NCBI GenBank assembly: GCA_001791745.1
Contig: MGFG01000009.1
Span: 5,175-68,730 of the forward strand
Direction: 5' to 3'
From: Candidatus Uhrbacteria bacterium RIFOXYC2_FULL_47_19
Lineage (GTDB): Bacteria; Patescibacteriota; Patescibacteriia; SG8-24
Length of the DNA: 63,556 bases
Under the pieces are notes generated by a model. It was not told the DNA's origin. It was given only the letters and a program-made list of their open reading frames with translations, and made no database searches. The position numbers and the translations under genes are program-made. Shown piece after piece: positions 20,800 to 28,299 of the stretch (position 1 is its first letter; every line of letters begins with the position of its first letter).

Positions 20800-21741
20800 C
20801 TACTTCATCTGCTGTTGTTCGATAGAAGGTTGAAGTGTCAGAGTTTGACGTGAGCGGAAGGCTAGTAGCACTGTCAGAGAAGCACCACCAACAAATAATG
20901 CAGCCGCCACAGCTTGAGGCCAGGTGAATTTGTGAGTGATAAAAATTGCTGACAGAACATTAGTTACCAGTGTGGCTAATACTAGTAGAGTGGCCACGTA
21001 GGTAGCAGGTGCTCGCTTTAGTGCTGAGTACCAAGTTATGACATAGCCGAGTAGTAGGGCGCTGGTAAGTAGTGTCCAGCCCCATTCCGCACCAGAGACT
21101 GCAGTCAGATTAGGCAAACCTTCTGTGACTAGTAAATAGACAATCAACGCAGCTGAACCAATGATCATTCTAGCCCCAGATACGGTTATTGCTGAGAGAT
21201 CAGTTAGTAGTTTTTTGGCCAGGACGTTTTCGACAGACCACATTAAAGTCGCTCCCAGGATCATTAGTTCACCAATATTGAATTCGAAGCCTTTGAATCC
21301 ACCAATCAGTAAGTTGGCGCCGAATAAAGCGATTATTCCGAGCCATTGCAAGACGGACACTCGCTCCTTTAAGAGTGGGACAGCCATGATTGCCACCCAG
21401 ATAAAAAGTGTCTTATGTATGAGTGCAGCGCTAGTTGCACTGGTCATGGTTAGACCGGTGAAGAACAGAACGAACGGAATAGCACCTCCAATCAAACCAA
21501 CTGCCAGGAGTGTTAGAATCTGACGTTTCGAAAGCTGTGACAATTCGTGGCGTTTTTTTAATGCCAAAAGTATTCCTACTAATGCTATGGCGACTAAGGC
21601 ATTTTTTAAGGTTGTATAAGCGACCGGAGAAGAGAATGAGTTCAAAGCAAACTTAGCAAGAAAGGTGTTGGTGCCAGAAATCGCTGCCGTTATTAGAGCG
21701 AGAATAGTGGCCCCTCGGATGAGATCTGGAGTTTTAATCAT
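20800..21741 (-). CDS. EamA/DMT-family transporter
   Basis: About 10 hydrophobic segments in two similar halves, typical of the drug/metabolite transporter superfamily. 313 aa. Confidence 0.75.
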   Translation of the reverse strand: MIKTPDLIRGATILALITAAISGTNTFLAKFALNSFSSPVAYTTLKNALVAIALVGILLALKKRHELSQLSKRQILTLLAVGLIGGAIPFVLFFTGLTMTSATSAALIHKTLFIWVAIMAVPLLKERVSVLQWLGIIALFGANLLIGGFKGFEFNIGELMILGATLMWSVENVLAKKLLTDLSAITVSGARMIIGSAALIVYLLVTEGLPNLTAVSGAEWGWTLLTSALLLGYVITWYSALKRAPATYVATLLVLATLVTNVLSAIFITHKFTWPQAVAAALFVGGASLTVLLAFRSRQTLTLQPSIEQQQMK

Positions 21742-21831
21742 AACGATTTGCAGGTTAATGACCGGTGAATTATACAGTCTAGTCCTTATCCGGCAAATTA
21801 TTACGTTATTTGTATTGAGAGGGTCAATATC

Positions 21832-21863
21832 AAAAAATACCGTCTTGCCGAACGGTGTTTTTT
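21832..21863 (-). terminator. rho-independent terminator after the small HiPIP-like ORF
   Basis: ACCGT(N8)ACGGT extended by A/T pairs. T-run on the minus strand immediately after the hairpin. Confidence 0.55.
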
Positions 21864-21874
21864 ACGTCTACTGT

Positions 21875-22066
21875 CTATTTAGCAGCTTCGAAGTAGTCGC
21901 AATGGCCGTTGGTATCGACCTGGCCGTACTTTTCGACTGCTTCGGCGAACGAGTCTCCCTCGGGTACGCAAGCGTTGACGCCATTTTCTGTCTTAAAGTT
22001 GCGACAGTTTTAGCATTGCGTACTTTCGTCCGCCCAATCCTTCTTGTAGTTCACGTCTTCCGACAT
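21875..22066 (-). pseudogene. HiPIP-like small Cys protein with an in-frame TAA (22010-22012)
   Basis: Minus-strand translation done by hand: MSEDVNYKKDWADESTQC*NCRNFKTENGVNACVPEGDSFAEAVEKYGQVDTNGHCDYFEAAK*. The C-x2-C...C...NGxC(D/S)(Y/W) spacing resembles high-potential iron-sulfur proteins. The stop sits inside the CxxC. Not in the ORF track because both halves are under 60 aa. Confidence 0.5.
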
Positions 22067-22076
22067 ATCTTATTCT

Positions 22077-22292
22077 TTAGTCGTTAGTTAATTTATCGAT
22101 CACTTCGCCGACCACATCCAACCGGAGTAGGTTAAGTCCGCGACCGTCAGCTCTCTTAATGGCGATTAGTTTGTCACCTTGCTCGATACCTAGCTCGCGT
22201 CGGAGGTCGCAGGGGATAGCAATCTGGCCTTTGTCGGTGACGGTCACTAGATTAAAGCCTCTCGTTTTTTTGTTACATATTCCTGAGGTCAT
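22077..22292 (-). CDS. AbrB/MazE/SpoVT-family DNA-binding protein
   Basis: VTVTDKGQIAIPCDLRRELGIEQGDKLIAI is the swapped-hairpin AbrB-type motif. 71 aa. Lies 10 nt upstream of the HiPIP-like ORF. Confidence 0.75.
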   Translation of the reverse strand: MTSGICNKKTRGFNLVTVTDKGQIAIPCDLRRELGIEQGDKLIAIKRADGRGLNLLRLDVVGEVIDKLTND

Positions 22293-22417
22293 AAGGTCTT
22301 TATAAGATTATTCTTGTTTATCTTACTTGATTGACCAGGTTTGTCAAGGGTTTAGATATTTAGTACCTTCTGCTACCCTAATTGGGTATACGAATCTTTT
22401 TTATAAATTTATGGTCT

Positions 22418-24178
22418 ATGCGTTCAGAACAGGAAAATGAGGTCATCTATCAAGGGGACGGTTGGATAATGGTCCGCACTGACGACGATAATCTGTTTGA
22501 TGTTCTTTATGGTGAGGGCTACGAGAGGGTGGTGCTCGTGAACGAGCTGGCCGACGGTACCTTTGAGTACATCATAGGAAAGAAATCGGAGGATGTGGTT
22601 GGTTTTCCGGTTGGACCAGAAACCGAGATCGGAACTTTTCTCTTTGAGTTGAACAAGCTTGAAATGGGGTGGAAGGGGAGCAATTTGTATGGTGGGGCAC
22701 CGATGAATACAGATGGATCCCGTTCCATTCTTACGCCCCATACTGTCGCTAGCCTTATCAATTTTACGATTCGTGAAGGCACTGCCATCCGTTCATCAGA
22801 TTCGGGCATGTCAAAAAAACAGGAGGGAGAGATTGATCCCAGCCTAATTTTTGATGAGGCTATTCTTGATTTTCAAGTAGACGCGGAACGATTGGGCAGA
22901 GTTAATTACGTTAATTTGGACAATGCCGCCACTACTCCACCTTTCTTAGCAGTACAGCGTGGTGTCGATGACTATCTGGTAACCTATGGATCTGTCCATC
23001 GTGGAGCGGGGATCAAGTCTAAGGTCTCAACGGATGTTTACGAGCGAACTCGTGACGTCATTAGGGATTTTGTGGGAGCACCAGAAAATTTTTACGTTCT
23101 ATTTACTGGCAATACCACCGGTGCAATGAATACGGCGGCTTACTTCTTCTCCTTTCTTGAAGGTAAGGTCGCCGTGTCTCAGATCGAGCACAGCTCCTCG
23201 TGGTTGCCGTGGATAAAGACAGAGGGGGAGAAGTCATTAGGGAACAGACGTGTTGAATTTCAACACCTGCCCGAAGTTCAGGAACATATACAAGAGGCCG
23301 GACGAGAGATGGTCTTACGATATTCACTTGACAAGAATGGAGAATTTGACCTCGATGGAATCGAGGAGATGTTGAAGTCCAACAATATAAAAGCTTTCGT
23401 TCTGACCGCGTCGTCGAATCTTACCGGATACCGCCCTGACATCAGAAAGATAGGCGAGATTGTTCATCGTTATGGCGCTTATTACATTGTTGATGCCTGT
23501 CAGTTTTTGCAGCATCACAAGATAGACATGATGGAGATGGGGATCGACTTTTTGGCCGCGTCAGGACACAAGTTTTACGCTCCTTACGGTGGCGGATTTC
23601 TGATAGGTCCGAAGATTTTTTTGGATCAGTTTTTACCCTATCAGATTGGTGGTGGAAATCTGCCATATATAACAAAGGAGGGCGTTTTCTTGCGCTATAA
23701 AAATCAGCTGGCGCATGATCCTGGCACTCCGAATGCTATAGGAGCTGTCGCTATGTCGGTAGCCTTGGAGAAGCTTAAGGAGATAGGAATAGACAGAATT
23801 GAGGCCTACGAAAGTCGTCTGACGAGAATAGCCTTTGATGCACTCAAAAAGAATCCGAAGGTTCGTATTCTGGTCAGTGATCTGCATTTAAGCACCGTGC
23901 TTCCTTTTGTGGTGGATGGGTTTGACTCAAAAATTTTTGCCGAGAGACTGAATAGAGAATTTGGAATCGGCGTCCGGGCCGGAAGCTTTTGTGTTTATGA
24001 TGTTGTGAGGGAATTACTCGGCATAGAGGACGAATCAAAAGTTATTGAGGCCGTTGAACGTGGTGACACCATGCTGATACCGGGAGTGATCAGGGCGTCT
24101 TTTGCTTTATGCAATACCGAGCGTGATGTAGACAGGCTTGTACAGGCCGTCAATTTTATTACCGAAAATAAGAATTGA
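22418..24178 (+). CDS. class-V aminotransferase / cysteine-desulfurase-like protein with an unassigned ~170 aa N-terminal domain
   Basis: NLDNAATTPPF, GSVHRGAGIKS, LFTGNTTGAMN, ASGHKFYAPYGGGFLIG (PLP-Lys region), IRASFALCNT. Start uncertain (TTG 22382 or ATG 22418). Confidence 0.75.
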   Translation: MRSEQENEVIYQGDGWIMVRTDDDNLFDVLYGEGYERVVLVNELADGTFEYIIGKKSEDVVGFPVGPETEIGTFLFELNKLEMGWKGSNLYGGAPMNTDGSRSILTPHTVASLINFTIREGTAIRSSDSGMSKKQEGEIDPSLIFDEAILDFQVDAERLGRVNYVNLDNAATTPPFLAVQRGVDDYLVTYGSVHRGAGIKSKVSTDVYERTRDVIRDFVGAPENFYVLFTGNTTGAMNTAAYFFSFLEGKVAVSQIEHSSSWLPWIKTEGEKSLGNRRVEFQHLPEVQEHIQEAGREMVLRYSLDKNGEFDLDGIEEMLKSNNIKAFVLTASSNLTGYRPDIRKIGEIVHRYGAYYIVDACQFLQHHKIDMMEMGIDFLAASGHKFYAPYGGGFLIGPKIFLDQFLPYQIGGGNLPYITKEGVFLRYKNQLAHDPGTPNAIGAVAMSVALEKLKEIGIDRIEAYESRLTRIAFDALKKNPKVRILVSDLHLSTVLPFVVDGFDSKIFAERLNREFGIGVRAGSFCVYDVVRELLGIEDESKVIEAVERGDTMLIPGVIRASFALCNTERDVDRLVQAVNFITENKN

Positions 24179-24183
24179 ATTTT

Positions 24184-25485
24184 ATGTCACATGAAGGTTT
24201 TGCCGAATCACTTTTCACAGAAACGCCGGATATTCCAGATACGGATGATTTGTTGGAGGAGATCGAGTCAATTGACGGAGATTTTGAAAATAAGGAGGTC
24301 ACAGAAGAGACAAAAGAAAGGTGGCGCGAGATTTTGCGTCAGATCCCAGTTGCAGTGAATAATTTTTATGGTGATCCGGTACTTCAGTGGAAAAACACGA
24401 TAGAAAAATTGAGAGAACTCGAGACGAGCCGACATGCCGGCCCCGTGGGTCTCATAATGAAGGGTAGGCTAACCCCAAAGAAGGTGGCCGAGCTTAAGGA
24501 AAAGAAGGAGGGGGGCCTTAATCTGGTAACACTGATCTCTATTTCTGAGCTGCCTTCCCTGGAGGGTACTGGGTCGGAGCATCGATATGAGAATATCAAG
24601 CTGCTTGAGCAGGCTGGGGTTCCGGCGATTGCCTATATTCGTCCGATGATGCCACCTTTTAATACCTCCGAGGAGATAATCAACGGAATGTTTCGGCAGC
24701 TGAAGGAGGCTGGATGCAAATATGCTGTAACCTCCGGATTCCGTGGTGATGAGGCGTTGGTTAGGAAGATGTCACCCGATGAGCAAGTTCAGTGGGCTAT
24801 GAGGGTTAAGGTGATGCCAGGAGAGGTCTATCAGCGCATAAAGAAACATGCAGAGGAAAACGGAATTCAGCTCTTTACTCGTACTTCATGTGCGGTTTCT
24901 GTGGCTACAGGTGATCAGTCTACGTTTAATCCCTACTACAACAGCCCTAACCTCGTTAAGTGTGCCGAGTTGGGTTGTCCGATCCAGGACACCTGCGGTC
25001 CACAGCCGCAACCAAGGGACGGATCGCTGGAATTGGTTCGTAGGCTGGGTTTCGAGGTGGAGTTTGTTCCCGCTCAAAATGGAAAGAAATGTGGTATAAG
25101 TGGTGAAAGTCGACTAAAGTGTCCTTCCTGTTGCACCACATGTTATTTTTCCAAAAACATTCCGCATTTGCTTGTGAAGGGCAATGTAAGTCTTGGTGAT
25201 CTTTCGTTCATTCGTTTTACAACTGGAATGTTAGCCATGCAGCCAGGTAGGAACGATGACGGAAGTAAGGAAGTCGGTCGTGTTAGGTTTCCTAACAATC
25301 CCGAAATAGATGACGTTCAGACGCTCAATAGTTGGTGGCCAGTCTCGAGAAACATCGCTAAGTGTTTTGGATGCAAATACTGTATCGTCGACGAATACTA
25401 CAACGAGACGGGGGAAAATCAGGAGGTAGGATTTCCGCCGGCGAATTTGGTGGACAAAATGTTTCCCGAAGACAGTAAAGAGTAA
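24184..25485 (+). CDS. radical-SAM-fold paralog lacking the N-terminal CX3CX2C, with C-terminal Cys clusters
   Basis: Aligns by eye to the next gene (NNFYGDPVLQW / NAISDPFWPRF and following segments). Acidic, Cys-free N-terminus. C-terminal CPSCCTTC (25120-25143) and CFGCKYC (25363-25383). Confidence 0.6.
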   Translation: MSHEGFAESLFTETPDIPDTDDLLEEIESIDGDFENKEVTEETKERWREILRQIPVAVNNFYGDPVLQWKNTIEKLRELETSRHAGPVGLIMKGRLTPKKVAELKEKKEGGLNLVTLISISELPSLEGTGSEHRYENIKLLEQAGVPAIAYIRPMMPPFNTSEEIINGMFRQLKEAGCKYAVTSGFRGDEALVRKMSPDEQVQWAMRVKVMPGEVYQRIKKHAEENGIQLFTRTSCAVSVATGDQSTFNPYYNSPNLVKCAELGCPIQDTCGPQPQPRDGSLELVRRLGFEVEFVPAQNGKKCGISGESRLKCPSCCTTCYFSKNIPHLLVKGNVSLGDLSFIRFTTGMLAMQPGRNDDGSKEVGRVRFPNNPEIDDVQTLNSWWPVSRNIAKCFGCKYCIVDEYYNETGENQEVGFPPANLVDKMFPEDSKE

Positions 25486-25494
25486 TCGTTGATT

Positions 25495-26382
25495 ATGAAG
25501 GAAGGCATGGAACAACCAGGAAGTCATGGTCACGGTTGCCCGGTGGGATGTGAGTATTGCGTTATAACAAAGGTGGAGTCGCGGCGTTCATTGTGGAATG
25601 AACGTACCTTGTTGGGCATCAATAAGGCCGTCACGATTCTTAATCCACCACCAGATCTACGGAATGAAGATGCCAAACGTGAGTTTTATGAGTTTCCACC
25701 CGAACTATTGCGCGGGGACTTTGTCGGGTTCAATGCGATTTCTGATCCGTTTTGGCCGAGGTTTAAGAATGAATTGGAATGGTTTCTGGAAAAGGTCGCG
25801 CCTGAGGCCAAGGCGGTTACTTGCGTCACTAAGTGGAGTCCGTCGGTACGACTATTGGACAGATTGGCCGAGATCCCCAACTTTCGTCTGATAGTGTCGA
25901 TTACTGGACTTGATGGTCTTGAGCGTACCAAGACCGTTCAGAGATTGGCACTTTTGGATGCCGCAAAACAGCGGGGCATTAAAGCCTTTCCCATAATTCA
26001 TCCGTACATAGCCGGAATGTCGGATTTGTCGTTTCTGCCGCATCTTAAGGAATTGGGTTACGATGAGGTTGATGTTAAGGGTTTGCGGTACAGCCATGAC
26101 ACCATGTCATCGTGGATGCCATCCGAGGGGCGTGTTCTTTATGAGGGTACGAATGAAAGTGAAGTACTTCCAGAAGACGGTTGGAGGGAGAAAGTTGAAA
26201 ATGCAGGAATAAAATTATCTGGTCTGAAGTCTTGGTATCGGCGTGACTTTGAGTCGCTGACTCCACACCTTTCTCGTGAGGAAGCAGAGGGGTTAGTCAG
26301 TCAGATTTTGGAGAGGGCTAACGTCACATCTTCTGATACCGATCAGGCGGTTCTCGATGAAGCTATAAAAAGGAGAATGTAG
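25495..26382 (+). CDS. radical SAM protein (SPL/COG1533-like)
   Basis: GHGCPVGCEYCVI is a canonical CX3CX2C at 25537-25560 near the N-terminus. 295 aa. Confidence 0.75.
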   Translation: MKEGMEQPGSHGHGCPVGCEYCVITKVESRRSLWNERTLLGINKAVTILNPPPDLRNEDAKREFYEFPPELLRGDFVGFNAISDPFWPRFKNELEWFLEKVAPEAKAVTCVTKWSPSVRLLDRLAEIPNFRLIVSITGLDGLERTKTVQRLALLDAAKQRGIKAFPIIHPYIAGMSDLSFLPHLKELGYDEVDVKGLRYSHDTMSSWMPSEGRVLYEGTNESEVLPEDGWREKVENAGIKLSGLKSWYRRDFESLTPHLSREEAEGLVSQILERANVTSSDTDQAVLDEAIKRRM

Positions 26383-26442
26383 CCGGTGAAGTTTTTGTAA
26401 AAGGGGTTAGACTCCTTCTATACATCAGGTGTCATAGAATTC

Positions 26443-26477
26443 AAAAAGCACCGGCCAAGAATAGGCAGGTGCTTTTG
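26443..26477. terminator. rho-independent terminator closing the desulfurase/radical-SAM operon
   Basis: AAAAAGCACC(N15)GGTGCTTTT. Confidence 0.65.
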
Positions 26478-26574
26478 AGAAGTTCGGAAGGTCCAGGTTG
26501 GACCCTCCCGATTCAGCCGCCGGATATTGCGTCCGGCGGACTTTTGGGGCTTTTGTCCGGGTGGCTAGGCCGGA

Positions 26575-27510
26575 CTAGACGACGAAGCGCTGGAAGATCG
26601 CCAGCACCTCCTCGGGGGTGAGGCACGAGGATGAGTTGTCCTCGTTCCTCGGGCTCCCGCCGATGGAGGTTCCTCCACCCCAGGTCCTGGAGAGGTCCTG
26701 GTTGGGGTTCTTCGCCTGCTCGGCACGACCGAGCTCGCCGAGGATGGTGTCCTCGAACTGTTCGACGGCCGTGACCGGCCGAGCCTTCGAACCCGGTCCC
26801 ATGGGGGCGGCGACGAGGTCCGACGCCTTGGCGACGGTGTACATCAGACCGCCGCCGCGGGCCTCCTGATACAGGAAGCCCAGGACCAGCCCCGCTCGGT
26901 AAAAGCCATCGAACGCGGTCGATGACTCCACTGGTTGCCACCCGGTGCGGGCCGACCACCCGTAGCCCCTCGAGATCTCCTCACGCACAGGGCGCTCGGA
27001 GATCTCGAGCTCGCCCGCGAGGAAGGCCGAGACCTTCCCGACGAACTCCTCGAGCATCTCGAGGGATTGGGCCGGAGCGTCCTTGCCCCACGGCGGGGTG
27101 ATCTCGCGGTGCAGCGGGTGCGCCGCGAATATCGGCCCGTGGGCGTCGGTCCGCCCGATCTGGGTGACGAGGTCTTCGACCTCCGGCTCCCAGGCCCGAA
27201 GCGGGTTGGCCAGGAGCCACACCGACAGAACCGTGTCCGCGTCGATGTCGTTGACGCAGACGACGGTCTCCTTGTCGACCGGCAGGCCGAGGCAGATCGC
27301 CTCGCGGACCTGCTCGCAGGTTGCCCTCGTGACCAGCCGGAGGCATCCGGCATGGTGGTCGAAGGAGAATCGGCGGCCGACCGCGTCGACGGCCGGGCCC
27401 TGAACGTAGCCGTCCAAGGCGATTGAGTTCGGCGGGAGCTTCTCGAAGGGCACGGTCGCGCCCTTCGAGAAGCTGATGTTGAGGGTGGTGATGGCGATGT
27501 TGATCGTCAT
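26575..27510 (-). CDS. hypothetical protein encoded in a high-GC island (311 aa)
   Basis: ATG at 27510 preceded by GGAGGATTGAGAC. G/C-rich third codon positions. All other frames are also open, as expected in high-GC DNA. No motif recognised. Confidence 0.6.
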   Translation of the reverse strand: MTINIAITTLNISFSKGATVPFEKLPPNSIALDGYVQGPAVDAVGRRFSFDHHAGCLRLVTRATCEQVREAICLGLPVDKETVVCVNDIDADTVLSVWLLANPLRAWEPEVEDLVTQIGRTDAHGPIFAAHPLHREITPPWGKDAPAQSLEMLEEFVGKVSAFLAGELEISERPVREEISRGYGWSARTGWQPVESSTAFDGFYRAGLVLGFLYQEARGGGLMYTVAKASDLVAAPMGPGSKARPVTAVEQFEDTILGELGRAEQAKNPNQDLSRTWGGGTSIGGSPRNEDNSSSCLTPEEVLAIFQRFVV

Positions 27511-27888
27511 GTCTCAATCCTCCGGGGCCGTGCTCTCGCGTCGGCCCCTAGCTGTGGTCTCCTCAAACTATCCGCTGTTTTGCCGTTCCCTCGCAGGAGC
27601 GGCCTCCTCCCTAATGAGAGGAGCGTGGGTCGACACAGGGATATGTCAACGTTCTCCCACTGGGCCCTTCTGTCCGCTTCCTCGAGAGGAATGCCGGACA
27701 AGGTGGGCTTTCACCTGGCCATTTGCCCCTTCAGTGGGGCCCACAGGAAGGCCAGCACCCTTTCGTTTTCGGGGTATTTCCCCTTTATATCTAATTCGCT
27801 CCCGTTTTTTTGGTCGAGAGCGGTTACTTTTTCAAAGTCCCGATTCACCTTAGGTTTTCGCCTCCGGTGGTCGGCTGCTTCAGCCTGA
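27511..27888 (-). promoter_or_regulatory. long GC-rich structured 5' leader of the island gene (possible riboswitch, class unresolved)
   Basis: About 375 nt between the predicted promoter and the ATG. Multiple strong hairpins, including GGGGCCG(N11)CGGCCCC abutting the SD, and a three-way-junction-like fold at ~27660-27755. Confidence 0.35.
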
Positions 27889-27894
27889 CGTAGG

Positions 27895-27923
27895 ACTATA
27901 GCACAGGATTAAAGTTTTGTCAA
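27895..27923 (-). promoter_or_regulatory. near-consensus sigma70 promoter facing the high-GC island
   Basis: Minus strand reads TTGACA, a 17-nt spacer, then TATAGT. Confidence 0.55.
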
Positions 27924-27966
27924 GGCTGAAGTGACATATCCATTCAGTATGAGTTCTTTTTGCTCG

Positions 27967-27991
27967 TATTTGTCATGTTTTATGACAAATA
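27967..27991. repeat. perfect 10-bp inverted repeat (operator-like)
   Basis: TATTTGTCAT gtttt ATGACAAATA. Confidence 0.8.
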
Positions 27992-28113
27992 ACATCGATA
28001 AGTAGTTTTTAACCCCGTCATATTTTTGGCGAAGGTGGCTTTTTCGTATGTGATTTCAGGTTTAATTGAAATTAAGCTGTTATCCCTCGGTGAGATAGAT
28101 TTAAGCTCAAAAA

Positions 28114-28145
28114 TGCAAAAACCCCACGGTTATGGGGTTTTTGCA
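28114..28145. terminator. perfect 13-bp palindromic hairpin terminator abutting tRNA-Arg
   Basis: TGCAAAAACCCCA cggtta TGGGGTTTTTGCA. Confidence 0.7.
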
Positions 28146-28220
28146 TGGTGCACCCGCAAGGAATCGAACCTTGATCTTGGGCTTCGGAGGCCCACGTTCT
28201 ATCCGTTGAACTACGAGTGC
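28146..28220 (-). tRNA. tRNA-Arg (anticodon CCG), CCA encoded
   Basis: Minus strand folds by hand: acceptor GCACTCG/CGGGTGC, D arm GTTC/GAAC, anticodon arm TGGGC-CTCCGAA-GCCCA, T arm CAAGG-TTCGATT-CCTTG. 75 nt. Confidence 0.92.
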
Positions 28221-28299
28221 GCTGCTTATTTTGTTCATCTAACTCGAGTGATGGTAGCCGACAAGGAGTGATAAATCAAGAAGCTAGGGTCAAATTTTG

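Noticed and set aside
21665-22087. 140-aa plus-strand ORF.
   Set aside because: It overlaps the start of the EamA gene, the terminator and the entire minus-strand HiPIP-like frame. It has no RBS and a hydrophobic, low-complexity translation.
26513-27888. About ten overlapping ORFs (60-180 aa) in all frames across the high-GC island.
   Set aside because: Open frames in every phase are expected in GC-rich DNA. Only 26575-27510 has an SD, an ATG, a promoter and protein-like composition; the others are Arg/Pro/Gly-rich shadows.
27860-27890. SRP RNA domain IV-like string GUCAGGCUGAAGCAGCC (a similar CAGGUCUGAAGCAGGG occurs at ~61395).
   Set aside because: Only a 1-2 bp closing stem would form around the putative tetraloop. 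The flanking helices of 4.5S/SRP RNA are not evident, so this is probably a chance resemblance.
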